A DNA stretch of 64,000 nt, taken from Longimicrobiales bacterium. GTDB lineage: Bacteria > Gemmatimonadota > Gemmatimonadetes > Longimicrobiales > Gaopeijiaceae. Location: positions 192,001 to 256,000 of the forward strand of contig CBDDCX010000005.1 of NCBI GenBank assembly GCA_965226375.1. The letters are read 5' to 3'. The notes beneath the pieces are model-generated. The model was not told the origin of the DNA, made no database searches, and worked only from the letters and a program-made list of their open reading frames with translations. The position numbers and the translations under genes are program-made. Shown here in pieces: positions 9,516 through 20,312 of this stretch; the first letter of the stretch is position 1; every line of letters begins with the position of its first letter.

Positions 9516-10652
9516 TTGGATTCGCAAGATCTGTACGACCTGGCCGACATCATCATCAACCACGCGCCGGTGGGCCCGCGGGTCGGAGTACACCTGGGAA
9601 CCTCCCGCGAAGGGCGGCCGATCCAGGGCTTTCGTTTGGGCACCGGCGCTGTCCGAGCGAGTCTGATCGGCGGCTGTCACGCCGATGAGCCTGTCGGGCC
9701 TCGCTTCCTGTCCCGGTTGGTGGCGTACCTGCTGTCACTCCCAACCGGCCATGAACTGCTCACGGATCACGGGTGGTGGATCGTGCCTCACATCAACCCC
9801 GATGGCGCGGAGAGGAACAGAGGCTGGCACGAAGGTGACGGTCCGGTAACACCTTCAGACGTCTTTGATCCGGTTCGTTATCTGTCTTCAGTAGTCCGCG
9901 AGCTACCGGGCGATGACCTGGAGTTCGGCTTTCCCAGATCCCGGGATGACCCCGACGTCCGGCCGGAGAGTCGAGCCGTGCTGGAGTGGTGGAGGAGTGC
10001 CGGTGCGGCGTTCCACCTTCACGCCACTCTCCACGGCATCGCGTTGGCCGGAGGCCCGTGGTTCCTGCTGGAGCCGGAATGGTTAGACCGGGTGGAGCAC
10101 CTGAAACGGTGCTGTGCCGAGGAGGCCCGTCGCCTCGGCTACAGACTTCACGATGTGGAGAGGGAGGGGGAGAAGGGATTCCACCGCGTGGGGCCCGGGT
10201 TCTGTACCCGACCCAGCTCGACGGCGATGCGCGACCACTTCCTGGCACTCGGAGACGAGGACACGGCCGCCCGTTTTCGACCGAGTTCCATGGAGGCCAT
10301 CCGCTCCCTCGGCGGTGATCCCCTGACGCTGGTAAGCGAAATGCCCCTGTTCATTACCCCGGGAGTAGGCGAGACCCTGGGTCCGCCGGACCCCGTTGGT
10401 GAAGAATGGAAGGCGCGGCGCGCTCGCTGGCAGCTAGCATTGGGTCGTACGAAGCCGACGGAGGGTCCGCGCGAGGCAGCCATGGGTGAGAGAGAAGGGT
10501 CTTCAGTCGCCGCGGTCCGCGCTGAGGTCTCCGACGAGATTCGGGCCAGCGGGCTCACCCCCATGCCCATCCTCGATCAGATGAGACTTCAATGGAGGCT
10601 GGTCAGCGCCGGCCTCGAGCAGGTGCGCCTGGAAGCGGAGGCGCGGGGCTGA
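9516..10652 (+). CDS. M14-family zinc carboxypeptidase-like protein
   Basis: LGTSREGRPI, GCHADEP (HxxE), PHINPDG, LHG; TTG start after GGAG. The upstream part of the listed ORF is repeat sequence. Confidence 0.8.
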   Translation: MDSQDLYDLADIIINHAPVGPRVGVHLGTSREGRPIQGFRLGTGAVRASLIGGCHADEPVGPRFLSRLVAYLLSLPTGHELLTDHGWWIVPHINPDGAERNRGWHEGDGPVTPSDVFDPVRYLSSVVRELPGDDLEFGFPRSRDDPDVRPESRAVLEWWRSAGAAFHLHATLHGIALAGGPWFLLEPEWLDRVEHLKRCCAEEARRLGYRLHDVEREGEKGFHRVGPGFCTRPSSTAMRDHFLALGDEDTAARFRPSSMEAIRSLGGDPLTLVSEMPLFITPGVGETLGPPDPVGEEWKARRARWQLALGRTKPTEGPREAAMGEREGSSVAAVRAEVSDEIRASGLTPMPILDQMRLQWRLVSAGLEQVRLEAEARG

Positions 10653-10979
10653 TCCCTCCGGAAGCAGCGTCGACCCCGCTGCTTCACGGAGCTCACTTCA
10701 GTCTGTCGCGAACCTCCGGGCGATCTCGTCGAGACGTTCTTGGATGTAGCCGTCAGAGAACCAGCGGCCCCGCACCATCACCCCTGCCCGGTCGGCTACG
10801 TTGCCGACATCGTCCAGTGGATTGGAGTTCAGGAGGATCAAGTCGGCCCTCCGGCCCACCGCCACAGTGCCGAACGTGTCGCTCCTCCTGAAGTACTCAC
10901 CCACGGCTCGTGTGCCCGCGACGAGGATCTCGTACGGTGACATGCCGGCTTCGGCCATGGCCTGCATTTCCCTATGCAA

Positions 10980-11565
10980 GCTCGTTCAGCCGCAGCACGC
11001 GAATCCGGCCGCTGTGGCTCCGGTCCCCACGCGGGTGCTTTCCGCGCCGTACGGGGGCCAGCAGCCCATTCTCCCGCATCAGCCGCAGCACGCGGTTCTT
11101 GCCCACACCGATCCCCTTGGCTCTCAGACGGGCCCGGACCTTCCGGTGGCCTTCGCCCAGGAAGTCGCTCTCCTTCAGCACCTGTCGGATCTCCTCCACC
11201 AACTCCTCGTCGCTCAGCTTCGTCTTCGGTCCGCGCTTCTTCAGCCCTGCCGGCCCGTCGCTCTCTTCTCGATCTCGGCGTAGACCGTCGAGCGCCCCAC
11301 CCGCCAACCTCGCAGATCATCGTCAGAGGGTAGAGCCGCCCTGTCCCCGGACTCACCCGCGTCCGCGCTTCAAGAGCTTCTCCAGCTCGTCCCCGTACCC
11401 CCTTTTTTCCAGGAGTTCTCTCGCAAGCTCCAGTCGCATCGTCAACTCTCCCAGCTTCGCCCGGGTCCGGGTCAGCTCCCGTTCTCCAGGGTCTCGGCCC
11501 CGGCGTCTCAGTCCCTGCTGACCGGTCTCCAGGAACACCCGCCGCCATTCCTCCAGCTCCGGCGG
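10980..11565 (-). mobile_element. Internal fragment of an IS3-family element (end of orfA, start of orfB), no terminal repeats
   Basis: ELEEWRRVFL...AKLGELTMRLEL (orfA-like); KRGPKTKLSDEEL...GHRKVRARL...RVLRLMRENGL (orfB HTH); truncated before the DDE domain. Confidence 0.75.
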
Positions 11566-11886
11566 TCGAGCCTGTTGGCTGCCCAACCGCTCGGGTCCGC
11601 GGCTGCCGGATTCGCCTGCGCTCGCTGTGCTCCTCCGTCGTGTCTGCCGATCCAGCCTTCCACACCTTGCAACGAGAAGCCCGGCACCGAGAAAATCTGT
11701 GGTGAGTCCGTCCCCATCAGGATGCCCACACCGCCTTCGGACAACGCTTTGAGCACCTCGAGCCTGTTGGCTGCCCAAAGGTCCGCGGCTGCCGGATTCG
11801 CCTGCGCTCGCTGTGCTCCTCCGTCGTGTCTGCCGATCCAGCCTTCCACACCTTCGACGACCCGCGGGATGTTCCGCTTGGGCCAA

Positions 11887-12953
11887 AGGGGGTATTCCCT
11901 TAAGTCCACCGACCCCAAGATATAGTGGTTACCGGGGCTCTGCGGGCCGTTTCCCACGTCCGGTGCCGAGGTAAAGGGCCGAAGCTGGCGTGGGAGCACA
12001 CTGAACAGCCTGCTCAAGCAAGCGGTAGAACAACAGGCCGCGAGCCCGGGATGTGCGTCGGTTGAAGCGAAAGGTGAACTCGTCCAGATAGTAGGGGAGG
12101 TGTTCGCGGGCGATCCCTCCTTGGAGGGTTCCGAGGACCCAGCGCTTGAGGAGAGACGCCACCCGATGTACGGCCGACATGAGCACGTGAGCGGGATCGC
12201 CGGAGGTCGAGAGGTTCGTGACCGTGTGGCGAAAGCCCAGTTTGGCGAGTCCCTGATAGCTTGGCCATCCGTCGGTATGCACCGTGCTTGCCGGTGCGAT
12301 GCTATCCTTGACGAAGCCTCGCAGAACCGGAGCGGAGAGGTCGGGCACCCAACGCAGCCGTATTCTCCCGATCTTGCGTCCGTCGACCTCGGCGGCGATC
12401 GCGACGATGGCCTTCTTGATCGTCTCGCGGCCCCGCACTCCAGCCTCCACGCCCCCGACATAGCTCTCGTCCACTTGCACAACGCCGCTCAGCTGGTCGC
12501 GATCCGGTCGGACCATGGCCCGGCGGAGCTTGTGGAGCCAGACCCACGCTGTCTTGTAGCTTCCCAGTCCGAGCACGCGCTGGAGCCCGAGAGCATTGGC
12601 TCCGTATTTCTGGCTCGTGAGCTCCCAGGCAGCGAGAAACCACAGACGCAGGGGCGAGCGCGTGCGGTGGAACACGGTTCCCGCCAGCACCGAGGTCTGC
12701 CTTCGACAGTGTGGGCAGACGAGACGCCCCCGCGATGCTCGCCAGACCTCTCCCAACCCGCCACAGCCCACGCACACAAACCCTTCCGGCCAGCGCAGAC
12801 CCTCCACGTACTCCAGGCATGCCGCATCGTCGGGGAAGAACTCGTCCAGCTCCAGCCGCGTACGGGGATAGTCCACGCCGCCACGGAGCTGAGAAGCCGG
12901 AACCGCCATGACCACAACATGTAGTGGGCGGTGGACTTAAGGCAATACCCCAT
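11887..12953 (-). mobile_element. IS1595-family insertion sequence, copy 1 (1067 bp)
   Basis: Terminal IRs ATGGGGTATTGCCTTAAGTCCACC and AGGGGGTATTCCCTTAAGTCCACC; TSD TGGGCCAA at 11879-11886 and 12954-12961. Confidence 0.95.
11929..12915 (-). CDS. IS1595-family transposase
   Basis: CxxC-CxxC Zn ribbon; VQVDESY, HTDGW and YLDEFTFRFNRR DDE motifs. Confidence 0.95.
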   Translation of the reverse strand: MVMAVPASQLRGGVDYPRTRLELDEFFPDDAACLEYVEGLRWPEGFVCVGCGGLGEVWRASRGRLVCPHCRRQTSVLAGTVFHRTRSPLRLWFLAAWELTSQKYGANALGLQRVLGLGSYKTAWVWLHKLRRAMVRPDRDQLSGVVQVDESYVGGVEAGVRGRETIKKAIVAIAAEVDGRKIGRIRLRWVPDLSAPVLRGFVKDSIAPASTVHTDGWPSYQGLAKLGFRHTVTNLSTSGDPAHVLMSAVHRVASLLKRWVLGTLQGGIAREHLPYYLDEFTFRFNRRTSRARGLLFYRLLEQAVQCAPTPASALYLGTGRGKRPAEPR

Positions 12954-13959
12954 TGGGCCAATACTTCATCTCCGGGTAGGCCGCCATGACTCCGGCGTCG
13001 CCACGGCCGATGACGCCCACGTCCCAGAGTACCATGGTGGGCACGACCCAAGCGTCCGCGGCCCTGACCATGGCGACCAGTTCACGGAGCCGGCCCTGGT
13101 CGATCGGCTCCTCGAAGGCGTTGAGATGCTCGATGAAGCCGTCCAGGTGGTCGAACGTCTCCTGCCCCATCGCAATGGCATGCTCGAGCCCCACCTCGGC
13201 GGGAACGTGACCCCCGAAACGGATGCCCACCTCATGGGCGGTCATGGCCATGGCGTCGTACTCGGCCACGGTGAGTCCGGGGTGAATCTTCAGGAGATCC
13301 CGGCCCTGGTCCTTTTGCGTGCGGACTTTCTGGGCGGCCTGCTCAGGCGAAGAAACCGAGTTCCCGTTGAAGCTGGGCCCGGCCATGTAGAGGGTCGGGG
13401 CGACGATCTCACCGGCGTTCGCTTTGCGGCGCAGCTCCATGTGACCGTCGAGCCCGAGCATGCCCCGAACCGTTGTGACTCCGTTGGCCACGTAGAGAAA
13501 CATCACCATCTCCTCCACGTCTCCACCGGGCATATGGCCGTGCATCTCGGCCAGGCCGGGCATGAGGTACTTCCCTGCGCCATCCACCGTCGTGACCCCC
13601 ACGGGGACTTGCACCTCAGCGGTCGACCCGACGCGGCGTATCCGGCCCTGCTCAACGAGGACGGTCTGATTCCTCAGGACTCGGTCAGAATCCATCGGAA
13701 CGACGTTCACGTTCGTAAAGGCGACCGGCTCGGGAGCGTTCTGCTCCGTCGCGAGGAATGCCGCGAGGTCAGGTGCTACGGGGGCGCGCGAGCTGGCCAA
13801 CATCGAACCACTCACGAGAACGGCGCCTAATGCGACAGCGGTCCCAGTCTTCATACAGGAAGCTCCTTACCCATCATCCACAATCCGACGTCCACGAGCG
13901 ATTGAAACCTCGAAGAGGTGGGGGCGCACGGCAAGTCCTGCAGGGAGCCCAAGGCCCGA

Positions 13960-14646
13960 TCAGAACGGAACGGACACGGCCTCGCAGAGGAACTTCATGA
14001 GGGGCGTGGCCGCAGCGAACACCTTGGCGAGCTCCTTCGGCAGCTCCGGGCCTGTGATCGTCTTCTGCGCAATGTTCGCGACCCCGATGAAGTCCTTCCG
14101 CTTCAGATCCTCGACTAGAGCGTGATCGGGATCGAACCCTCTCGGGGGACGCTTCAGCCTGTCGCCCTCGAGTTGGTAGCTGTCGTTGAAGCGCTTTCCA
14201 CTCACGGCCCGCTTCCACGACTTGGGGTCGTCGACCATGGCCTCCCGAATGCCCTTCAGGCTGGGGGAGTCGGGGCGCCACATTCCGGCGCCGGCAAAGC
14301 AGCCCCCCACCTCCAGGTGGAGGTAGAAGCCGGGGGCGTGGGCATTCTTCCCGAGCTCGTGTCGAAACTGGATGCCGACGTGCGTCTTATACGGCGTCTT
14401 GTCGGGTGAGAAGCGGGTGTCCCTGTAGATACGGAACATGGAGCCGCCAACGGTACGGGGATCTGAGCGAAAGTGTTCGCTGATCTTCTTGAGGTGAGCG
14501 CCGAAGTCGGAGATGAACCGGATCGCGGGATCCTTCAGATCATCCTCGTACCGGTGCTTGTTGGCCTGAAACCACTCCCGGTTGTTGTTCGCTTTCAGGT
14601 CCTTCAGAAAGGTGAACGTCGCCTGGGTAAAGTACCTCGTCGTCAT
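13960..14646 (-). CDS. DUF2461 (TIGR02453) family protein
   Basis: FLKDLKANNNREWF and FRIYRDTRFSPDKTPYK signatures. Confidence 0.9.
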   Translation of the reverse strand: MTTRYFTQATFTFLKDLKANNNREWFQANKHRYEDDLKDPAIRFISDFGAHLKKISEHFRSDPRTVGGSMFRIYRDTRFSPDKTPYKTHVGIQFRHELGKNAHAPGFYLHLEVGGCFAGAGMWRPDSPSLKGIREAMVDDPKSWKRAVSGKRFNDSYQLEGDRLKRPPRGFDPDHALVEDLKRKDFIGVANIAQKTITGPELPKELAKVFAAATPLMKFLCEAVSVPF

Positions 14647-14836
14647 GCCCCCTCCGTGCCGGGTCTCGTGCTCGCCCCCCGGGGTGCTTGTGATCCTCCG
14701 GTGCCGTCCTGTGGCCTGCAGGGATTACGCTCAAAGGTGAGCGCGGATGCTTTCGCTGCAAGTTGGCTCTGTTCGTTCGTCGTCCGCGAAGCAGCGAAGG
14801 TTGCTCGCCATCACCGATGGCTCCTAGTCTGGTGCC

Positions 14837-16102
14837 ATGACACTCGAGCTCACAGCGTCGGATCGGGCCCTCCTGGAGGGCGAAGAGGGTGAAGGGGCCC
14901 GCATGGCCATGTCCATTCTGGTGCGCGTGGCCGAGGTCCAGGAGGCCGAGCGGCTCATTCCGGTGACCGCCGCGCACATCGACAGTTCGCTCTACATGGG
15001 GGACGCGACCCTCGAATACGCCGAACGTCTGGCCGGCTTGGGCGCCAAGGTCGTGGTGCCGGCGACGCTCAACGTGGCCGGGGTCGACCCCCACGGATGG
15101 GAGAGCTGGTCGGTGCCCCCCGAGTGGGCGGACAAGGCCCGCCGACAGATGGTCGCGTATCAGAGCATGGGGTGCATTCCGTCTTGGACGTGCGCCCCTT
15201 ATCAGACCGAGGCTCGACCGGCCTTCGGTGACCAGATCGCCTGGGGAGAGTCCAGCGCCATCGTGTTCGCCAACTCCGTTCTCGGGGCTCGTACCGAGCG
15301 TTATCCGGACCTCCTGGACATCTGTGCGGCGATCACCGGCCGTGTCCCCGAGGTGGGGCTTCATCTGACGGAGAACCGCGCAGGGCAGGTACTCTTCCGT
15401 TTTCACGACCTCCAGACCAACCTGCTGGCCGCCGATGAGCTCTACCCGGTTCTCGGACACCTGGTGGGTAAAGTGGCAGGCGATCGCGTCGCCGTGCTGG
15501 ATGGGTTGGACGTGACCCCTTCGGAGGACCAGCTCAAGGCCCTCGGTGCCGCCAGTGCGTCGTCGGGGGCGGTGGCCCTCTTCCATTGGGTGGGCGTTAC
15601 GCCCGAGGCGTCCACGCTCGATGAAGCTCTTCAGGAGAGGGATGCCGAAGAGACGCTGGACGTCGGGATGGGAGAGCTGCGCGCCGCCCGCGATCAGCTT
15701 TCCACCTCCGAGGGAGAACGCCTCGACATGGTCGTCCTGGGGTCTCCCCACTTCTCCTTGGAGGAGTTCAAGACGCTTGCTCCGCTGCTGAAGGGACATG
15801 TAAGGCACCCTGACGTGCGCTTCCTGGTGACGACGGGACGAGGAGTGAAGTTGATCGCGCAGGAAGCCGGACTCCTGGACGTTCTACGCGAATTCGGTGG
15901 GGATGTGACGGTCGATACGTGCATCCTGACCACCCCGATGCTGCCTTCGGAAATCGAGATCCTCATGACCAACTCGGCGAAGTATGCCTACTACACACCG
16001 GGGCTGCTGGGCCGGGCGATGGCTTTCGGCTCCACGCCGGACTGCGTGGAGTCTGCCGTCCAGGGCAAGGTCATTCGCGACCACAGCCTCTGGGGCGCCT
16101 GA
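14837..16102 (+). CDS. Aconitase X catalytic (large) subunit, DUF521
   Basis: AHID, TCAPY, AWGESSAIVFANSVLGART, GSPHFS, DTC and TNSAKYAYY motifs. Confidence 0.9.
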   Translation: MTLELTASDRALLEGEEGEGARMAMSILVRVAEVQEAERLIPVTAAHIDSSLYMGDATLEYAERLAGLGAKVVVPATLNVAGVDPHGWESWSVPPEWADKARRQMVAYQSMGCIPSWTCAPYQTEARPAFGDQIAWGESSAIVFANSVLGARTERYPDLLDICAAITGRVPEVGLHLTENRAGQVLFRFHDLQTNLLAADELYPVLGHLVGKVAGDRVAVLDGLDVTPSEDQLKALGAASASSGAVALFHWVGVTPEASTLDEALQERDAEETLDVGMGELRAARDQLSTSEGERLDMVVLGSPHFSLEEFKTLAPLLKGHVRHPDVRFLVTTGRGVKLIAQEAGLLDVLREFGGDVTVDTCILTTPMLPSEIEILMTNSAKYAYYTPGLLGRAMAFGSTPDCVESAVQGKVIRDHSLWGA

Positions 16103-16140
16103 CGGCAGTACGATCCTCCGGGCGGCGTTTCAGCCACCCC

Positions 16141-16177
16141 TTGACTGATGATGTATCTGTTTTAAAATGATACATCA
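16141..16177 (+). promoter_or_regulatory. Sigma70-like promoter overlapped by an inverted repeat (candidate PadR operator)
   Basis: TTGACT-16 nt-TAAAAT; perfect IR TGATGTATC-N11-GATACATCA in an AT-rich patch upstream of padR. Confidence 0.65.
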
Positions 16178-16223
16178 GATATCGATGGGTACGAGAAGCT
16201 GACAACGTCTCCTGTGAGGAATC

Positions 16224-16550
16224 ATGGAAACGGGCGCATTGCTCCCCGGAACGCTGGACCTGCTCATTCTCCGGTCCCTGGAGAAGGGGTCGAGGCACGG
16301 TTACGCCGTGGCTTCGTGGATCAAAAAGACTAGCCAGGGACTCCTCGAGGTCGGCGAGGGGGCGCTCTATCCCGCGCTTCATCGCATGCGCCTGAAGGGT
16401 TGGGTTGAGACCGAGTGGGGCCTTACCGAGACCAAGCGTCGAGCCAAGTTCTACCACCTCACCAAGGCTGGGCGCGAGCAACTCAGCTCGGAGGTCTCTC
16501 GCTGGAGCCAGTATTCCGAAGGTGTCTCCATGATCCTCGATGGTCGCTGA
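16224..16550 (+). CDS. PadR-family transcriptional regulator (acidobacterial type)
   Basis: LLPGTLDLLIL, HGYAV, GALYPALHRM, RRAKFYHLT. Confidence 0.92.
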   Translation: METGALLPGTLDLLILRSLEKGSRHGYAVASWIKKTSQGLLEVGEGALYPALHRMRLKGWVETEWGLTETKRRAKFYHLTKAGREQLSSEVSRWSQYSEGVSMILDGR

Positions 16551-16594
16551 AGTGAAGATCTCGGGAACCGGGTCCGTGTCGGAGGGCTGACGCA

Positions 16595-19154
16595 GTGCTT
16601 TCGAGTTTGAAGGGGCTGTTCGGTGGCGCGCGTCGTCGCCGTGCCGTCGAGCGCGAGGTCAGAGAGGAGATCCTCTTTCACTTGGAAATGCTGGCGGATG
16701 ACTACAAGAGCCAGGGGTTGGAGGCGGAGCAGGCTTGGCGGGCGGCGGTCAGGGACTTTGGCGAACGTGATTCCGTGGAAGTCGAGTGTCGTCGCTTGAC
16801 GACGAAACATGAACGGAAAGAATTCAGGGAGGTCGTGATGGGTGGATGGGCGCAGGATCTCAGGCAGGTGCTCAGGTCCCTCCGGAAGGCGCCGGGCTTC
16901 ACGGCTGTGACCGTGCTGACTCTGGCCCTCGGTATCGGTGCCAACACGGCCATCTTCAGCGTGGTGAACGGTGTGTTTCTTCGACCGTTGCCCTACGGTG
17001 CTCCCGAGGAGCTCGTACTCGTGACCCATGCCTTTCCCGACGCGGGCATTCAGGGTGTGGCCCTCTCGGGCCCGGACTTTGTCGCCTATCGGGAGGCAGC
17101 CGATCTCTTCCAAGGGGTGGTCGCGACCTTTGCCGTGGACACCAACATCACCGGTGACGGAGACGCCGAGGGTGCTGTCATCTCCTGGGTGACGCCGAAC
17201 TTCTTCGACCTCCTGGGTGTGCAGCCCACGCTGGGACGCGGCTTCACCGAGGACGACGTGGTGTCCATTGACCCGAGCATCTTCAGTGATCCCAACGCCA
17301 CCCCACCTTCATTGGCGGGGGTCCTGTCGAACGGCGTCTGGCAGCGCCGGTATGGTGGCGACCCCTCCGTGGTGGGACGCACGCTGCGCATCAACGGGCA
17401 GACCGTCACGGTCATCGGTGTGGCCCCGCCGTGGTTCAAGATGCATCTGCCCGCGGACGTGGCTATGCCGACGGACATCGACGTCTGGACGCTGTGGCCC
17501 TTCGAACTCGCGGACATGCAGCCGGGTCCGGCAGGCTTCGTAACGGTCATCGGCCGGCTCGCGGAGGGGGTGACCGTCGAACAGTCCCAGGCGCAGATGT
17601 CTTCCATCCTCTCCAGCATCACGGAGGGGTCCCAGCCCCACGCTCAACGCAACACGAGGGTGGACGTGACCCCGCTACAGAGACAAGCCGTGGCTCACGT
17701 GCGCCCGGTGTTGATCGTGCTCTTCGGGACGGTGGGATTCGTCTTGCTCATTGCCTGCGCCAATGTCGCGAACCTGCTTATGGTTCGTGCGTCGTCGCGG
17801 GAGAAGGAGATGGCGGTCCGTGCCGCCCTCGGTAGCGGGCGGGTTCGCGGCTCTCCTCTTCGGCATGGCCCCGTTCCTTCAATCGTCACGCGTCAATCCG
17901 GCCGGGATCCTTCAAGAGCGGATCTCCACGGGGAGCCGGAAGAGGAATCGTGCTCGGGCCACGCTCACGGTGCTTCAAGTCGCCGTTTCCGTAGTGCTCC
18001 TGGTGGGGGCGGGGCTGCTGCTCCGGAGCTTTACAGGATTGGCGTCTGTCGATCCGGGCTTCGACGACGAAGCCGTTCTTTCCTTCCGCTTTGCCCTTCC
18101 GGTTTTCGAGTTCCGGAACAGCGAGGTGATGCGTGACTTCTACCTCGAGTTGTCTCAGAAACTGGAGCAGATGCCCGGGGTGCAGTCGGCCGGGGCCGTC
18201 ATGCCTTTGCCCCTCACCGATCAGGCGGAGGGCCAGATCGGCGGCTTCACCCGCAGCCGTGACGATGCGGACGACTACGAGCGCCATGAGGCGGACTACC
18301 GGACCGTGATACCAGGGTATTTTGAGACCTTGAGCATACCGCTCCTGGCAGGGCGAGTGTTCGACGACCTGGATGAAGAGAACGCCGATGAGACTCCGGT
18401 CATTGTGATCGACCGGATCATGGCGGAGCAGGCGTTCGCGGGGGAGGATCCGGTAGGACAGGAACTCACCATCTGGGCGCCGACCGGGGGATTCCAGACG
18501 GCCGACGGGATCCGACCGGCCCGTATCATCGGTGTGGTCGAAGCCGTGCGTTCGACAGACCTGGCCAGCCTCGGCCGTCCCGCCATCTACTGTCCGCTCC
18601 ATTACAGCCCGGCGTATCGGCTCGACTACGTGGTCAAGAGCTCTGCTCCGTCGGCTGTTTTGACGACGCAGATTCGACAGGCTGTTCGAGAGGCCGGGCC
18701 AACCGTCCCCATCCTGGACATGCGTCCCCTGTCGGACTACAGTCGCGATGCCCTGGCACCGACCCGGTTCGCCATGACCCTCCTGAGCGTGTTCGCGGTG
18801 GTGGCACTCCTCCTGGCTTGCATCGGCTTGTATGGGGTTCTGTCGTATGGCGTGCGTGAGCGGGTCCACGAGGTGGGCGTTCGCATGGCGTTGGGGGCCG
18901 GGGCGGACATCGTACTGCGGATGGTCATCGGTCAGGGACTCCGGCTTGTGCTCATCGGTGTTGCACTCGGACTCGTGGGAGCCTTTTTCCTCAGCAACGT
19001 CATGACCGGCCTGATCTTCGGGGTCTCGGCCACGGACCCCGCCACATACCTCGGGATCACGGCCGTTCTGGTAGCGGTGGCCGTCGTGGCGTGTTATGTC
19101 CCGGCAGCGCGGGCTGCGAGAGTCCAGCCGGCGGTGGCGCTCAGATCGGAATGA
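16595..19154 (+). pseudogene. ADOP-type (MacB/FtsX duplicated) ABC permease with internal deletion and frameshift
   Basis: LALGIGANTAIFSVV and LLIACANVANLL motifs; frame switch near 17845 with about 60 codons missing relative to the paralog at 40822-43488. Confidence 0.85.
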
Positions 19155-19252
19155 TCCTCGAGTGAGTCGGGGAGGAGAGGCGAGGGGCGGGCCCCGGGGC
19201 CGCATGAGGGAGCCGGCGGGCCCGTGACCATAGGACGGAGCAGAGACGGACG

Positions 19253-19681
19253 ATGATATCGGGTGATGAAATAGTGCTGACGGGCCGCGCCCTGTTACCG
19301 GGCGACGCCAGTGGGAGCCTTCTGGTATCCGATGAGCCTCTAAGTTTCTGGGGCGGTTACGACGCTGACACCGGAGAGATTATCGATCGCCGCCATCCCC
19401 TCTCGGGGGAGAACGCATCAGGCCGGATTCTCGCCATTCCGGGAACTCGAGGTTCGAGTACCACGACGGCCGTCCTGCTGGAGGCCATCCGGCGGGGAAC
19501 CGCGCCCGCTGCTCTCCTGACGGCGGGGACCGATTCGTTTCTGGCCCTGACGGCTATCGTGGCCGACGAGATGTATGGTCGGGCCCCCCCAATCATCGCC
19601 CTCACGGATGCGGACTTCAACAGACTGATCGACGGCCGGCCCGCTCGCGTGAGATCCGATGGAACGGTAGTCATGGAGTAG
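19253..19681 (+). CDS. Aconitase X swivel (small) subunit, DUF126
   Basis: LSFWGGYD..TGEIIDRRHPL and TRGSST motifs. Confidence 0.9.
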   Translation: MISGDEIVLTGRALLPGDASGSLLVSDEPLSFWGGYDADTGEIIDRRHPLSGENASGRILAIPGTRGSSTTTAVLLEAIRRGTAPAALLTAGTDSFLALTAIVADEMYGRAPPIIALTDADFNRLIDGRPARVRSDGTVVME

Positions 19682-20303
19682 GACCCGCGCTGGTCCGTTC
19701 CAGCGTATGGATGAGGTCCCCAAAGGGCGAGTTGTCACCGTTAGCCGAATTGCCCGCGACGTGGAGGGCCACGGCGTCTCCGGATCGAGGCGACGTCCAC
19801 TCGACCACCCACTCTCCACGTTCTGCAGCGACCGGCTCGGCGCCTATCGCGGTGTGGACCGCGTATTGCACCGCGGTCAGTGTGTCCGAACCGACCACCA
19901 CCCGACTGTCGATGGCGCTCAGATACCCCGCCTGCAAGCCTCTCTGTGGACCTTCAGCAAACCGAATCGAAGCCTGGAAGCCGTTGCTCCCTTGCCCTGA
20001 TCCGGTGACGGAAACCGTGATGCGGTATACGGTTACCGACGTGTATTGCTCGGGAAGCCCATCGATCGCGAGGGTGGCGTCCGGGTCGTTGAGGGCGGCG
20101 TCGGTGTGGCAGGCCCGGCAAGTGGGCTCGCCGAATCCGCCCGTGTGGCCGAGCGGAGGGTTGCTCGCATAAGGGGACGAAGACAGAGTGGGTTCAGGAG
20201 CAGGCCACACCGAGAAGGCAGCCCCCATCAGGGCCGGTAACGCCAAGAGGGCGGCCCCCTTAAGGACCGCCCTCGACCGGAAGCGCGGCAGCTGCTTTGC
20301 CAT
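19671..20303 (-). CDS. Secreted Reeler-like (choice-of-anchor V type) protein with a CxxCH motif
   Basis: Signal peptide; GHTGGFGEPTCRACH; VEWTSP; AGNSANGDNS. Confidence 0.65.
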   Translation of the reverse strand: MAKQLPRFRSRAVLKGAALLALPALMGAAFSVWPAPEPTLSSSPYASNPPLGHTGGFGEPTCRACHTDAALNDPDATLAIDGLPEQYTSVTVYRITVSVTGSGQGSNGFQASIRFAEGPQRGLQAGYLSAIDSRVVVGSDTLTAVQYAVHTAIGAEPVAAERGEWVVEWTSPRSGDAVALHVAGNSANGDNSPFGDLIHTLERTSAGPTP

Positions 20304-20312
20304 GCGGACTGA

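Larger units (their letters stand above)
10698..13854 (-). pseudogene. Amidohydrolase (Amidohydro_1 family, signal peptide) disrupted by IS1595 and a composite insert
   Basis: N-part 13854-12954 (PGLAEMHGH), middle about 11886-11668 (MGTDSPQIFSVPGFSL), C-part 10979-10698 (HREMQAM...GRRADLILL); pieces rejoin in frame when the inserts are removed. Confidence 0.88.

Noticed and set aside
14650..14836. Hairpins CGCTCA/TGAGCG and TTCGCTGC/GCAGCGAA between divergent genes
   Set aside because: Short GC-rich stems with no second copy or family signature
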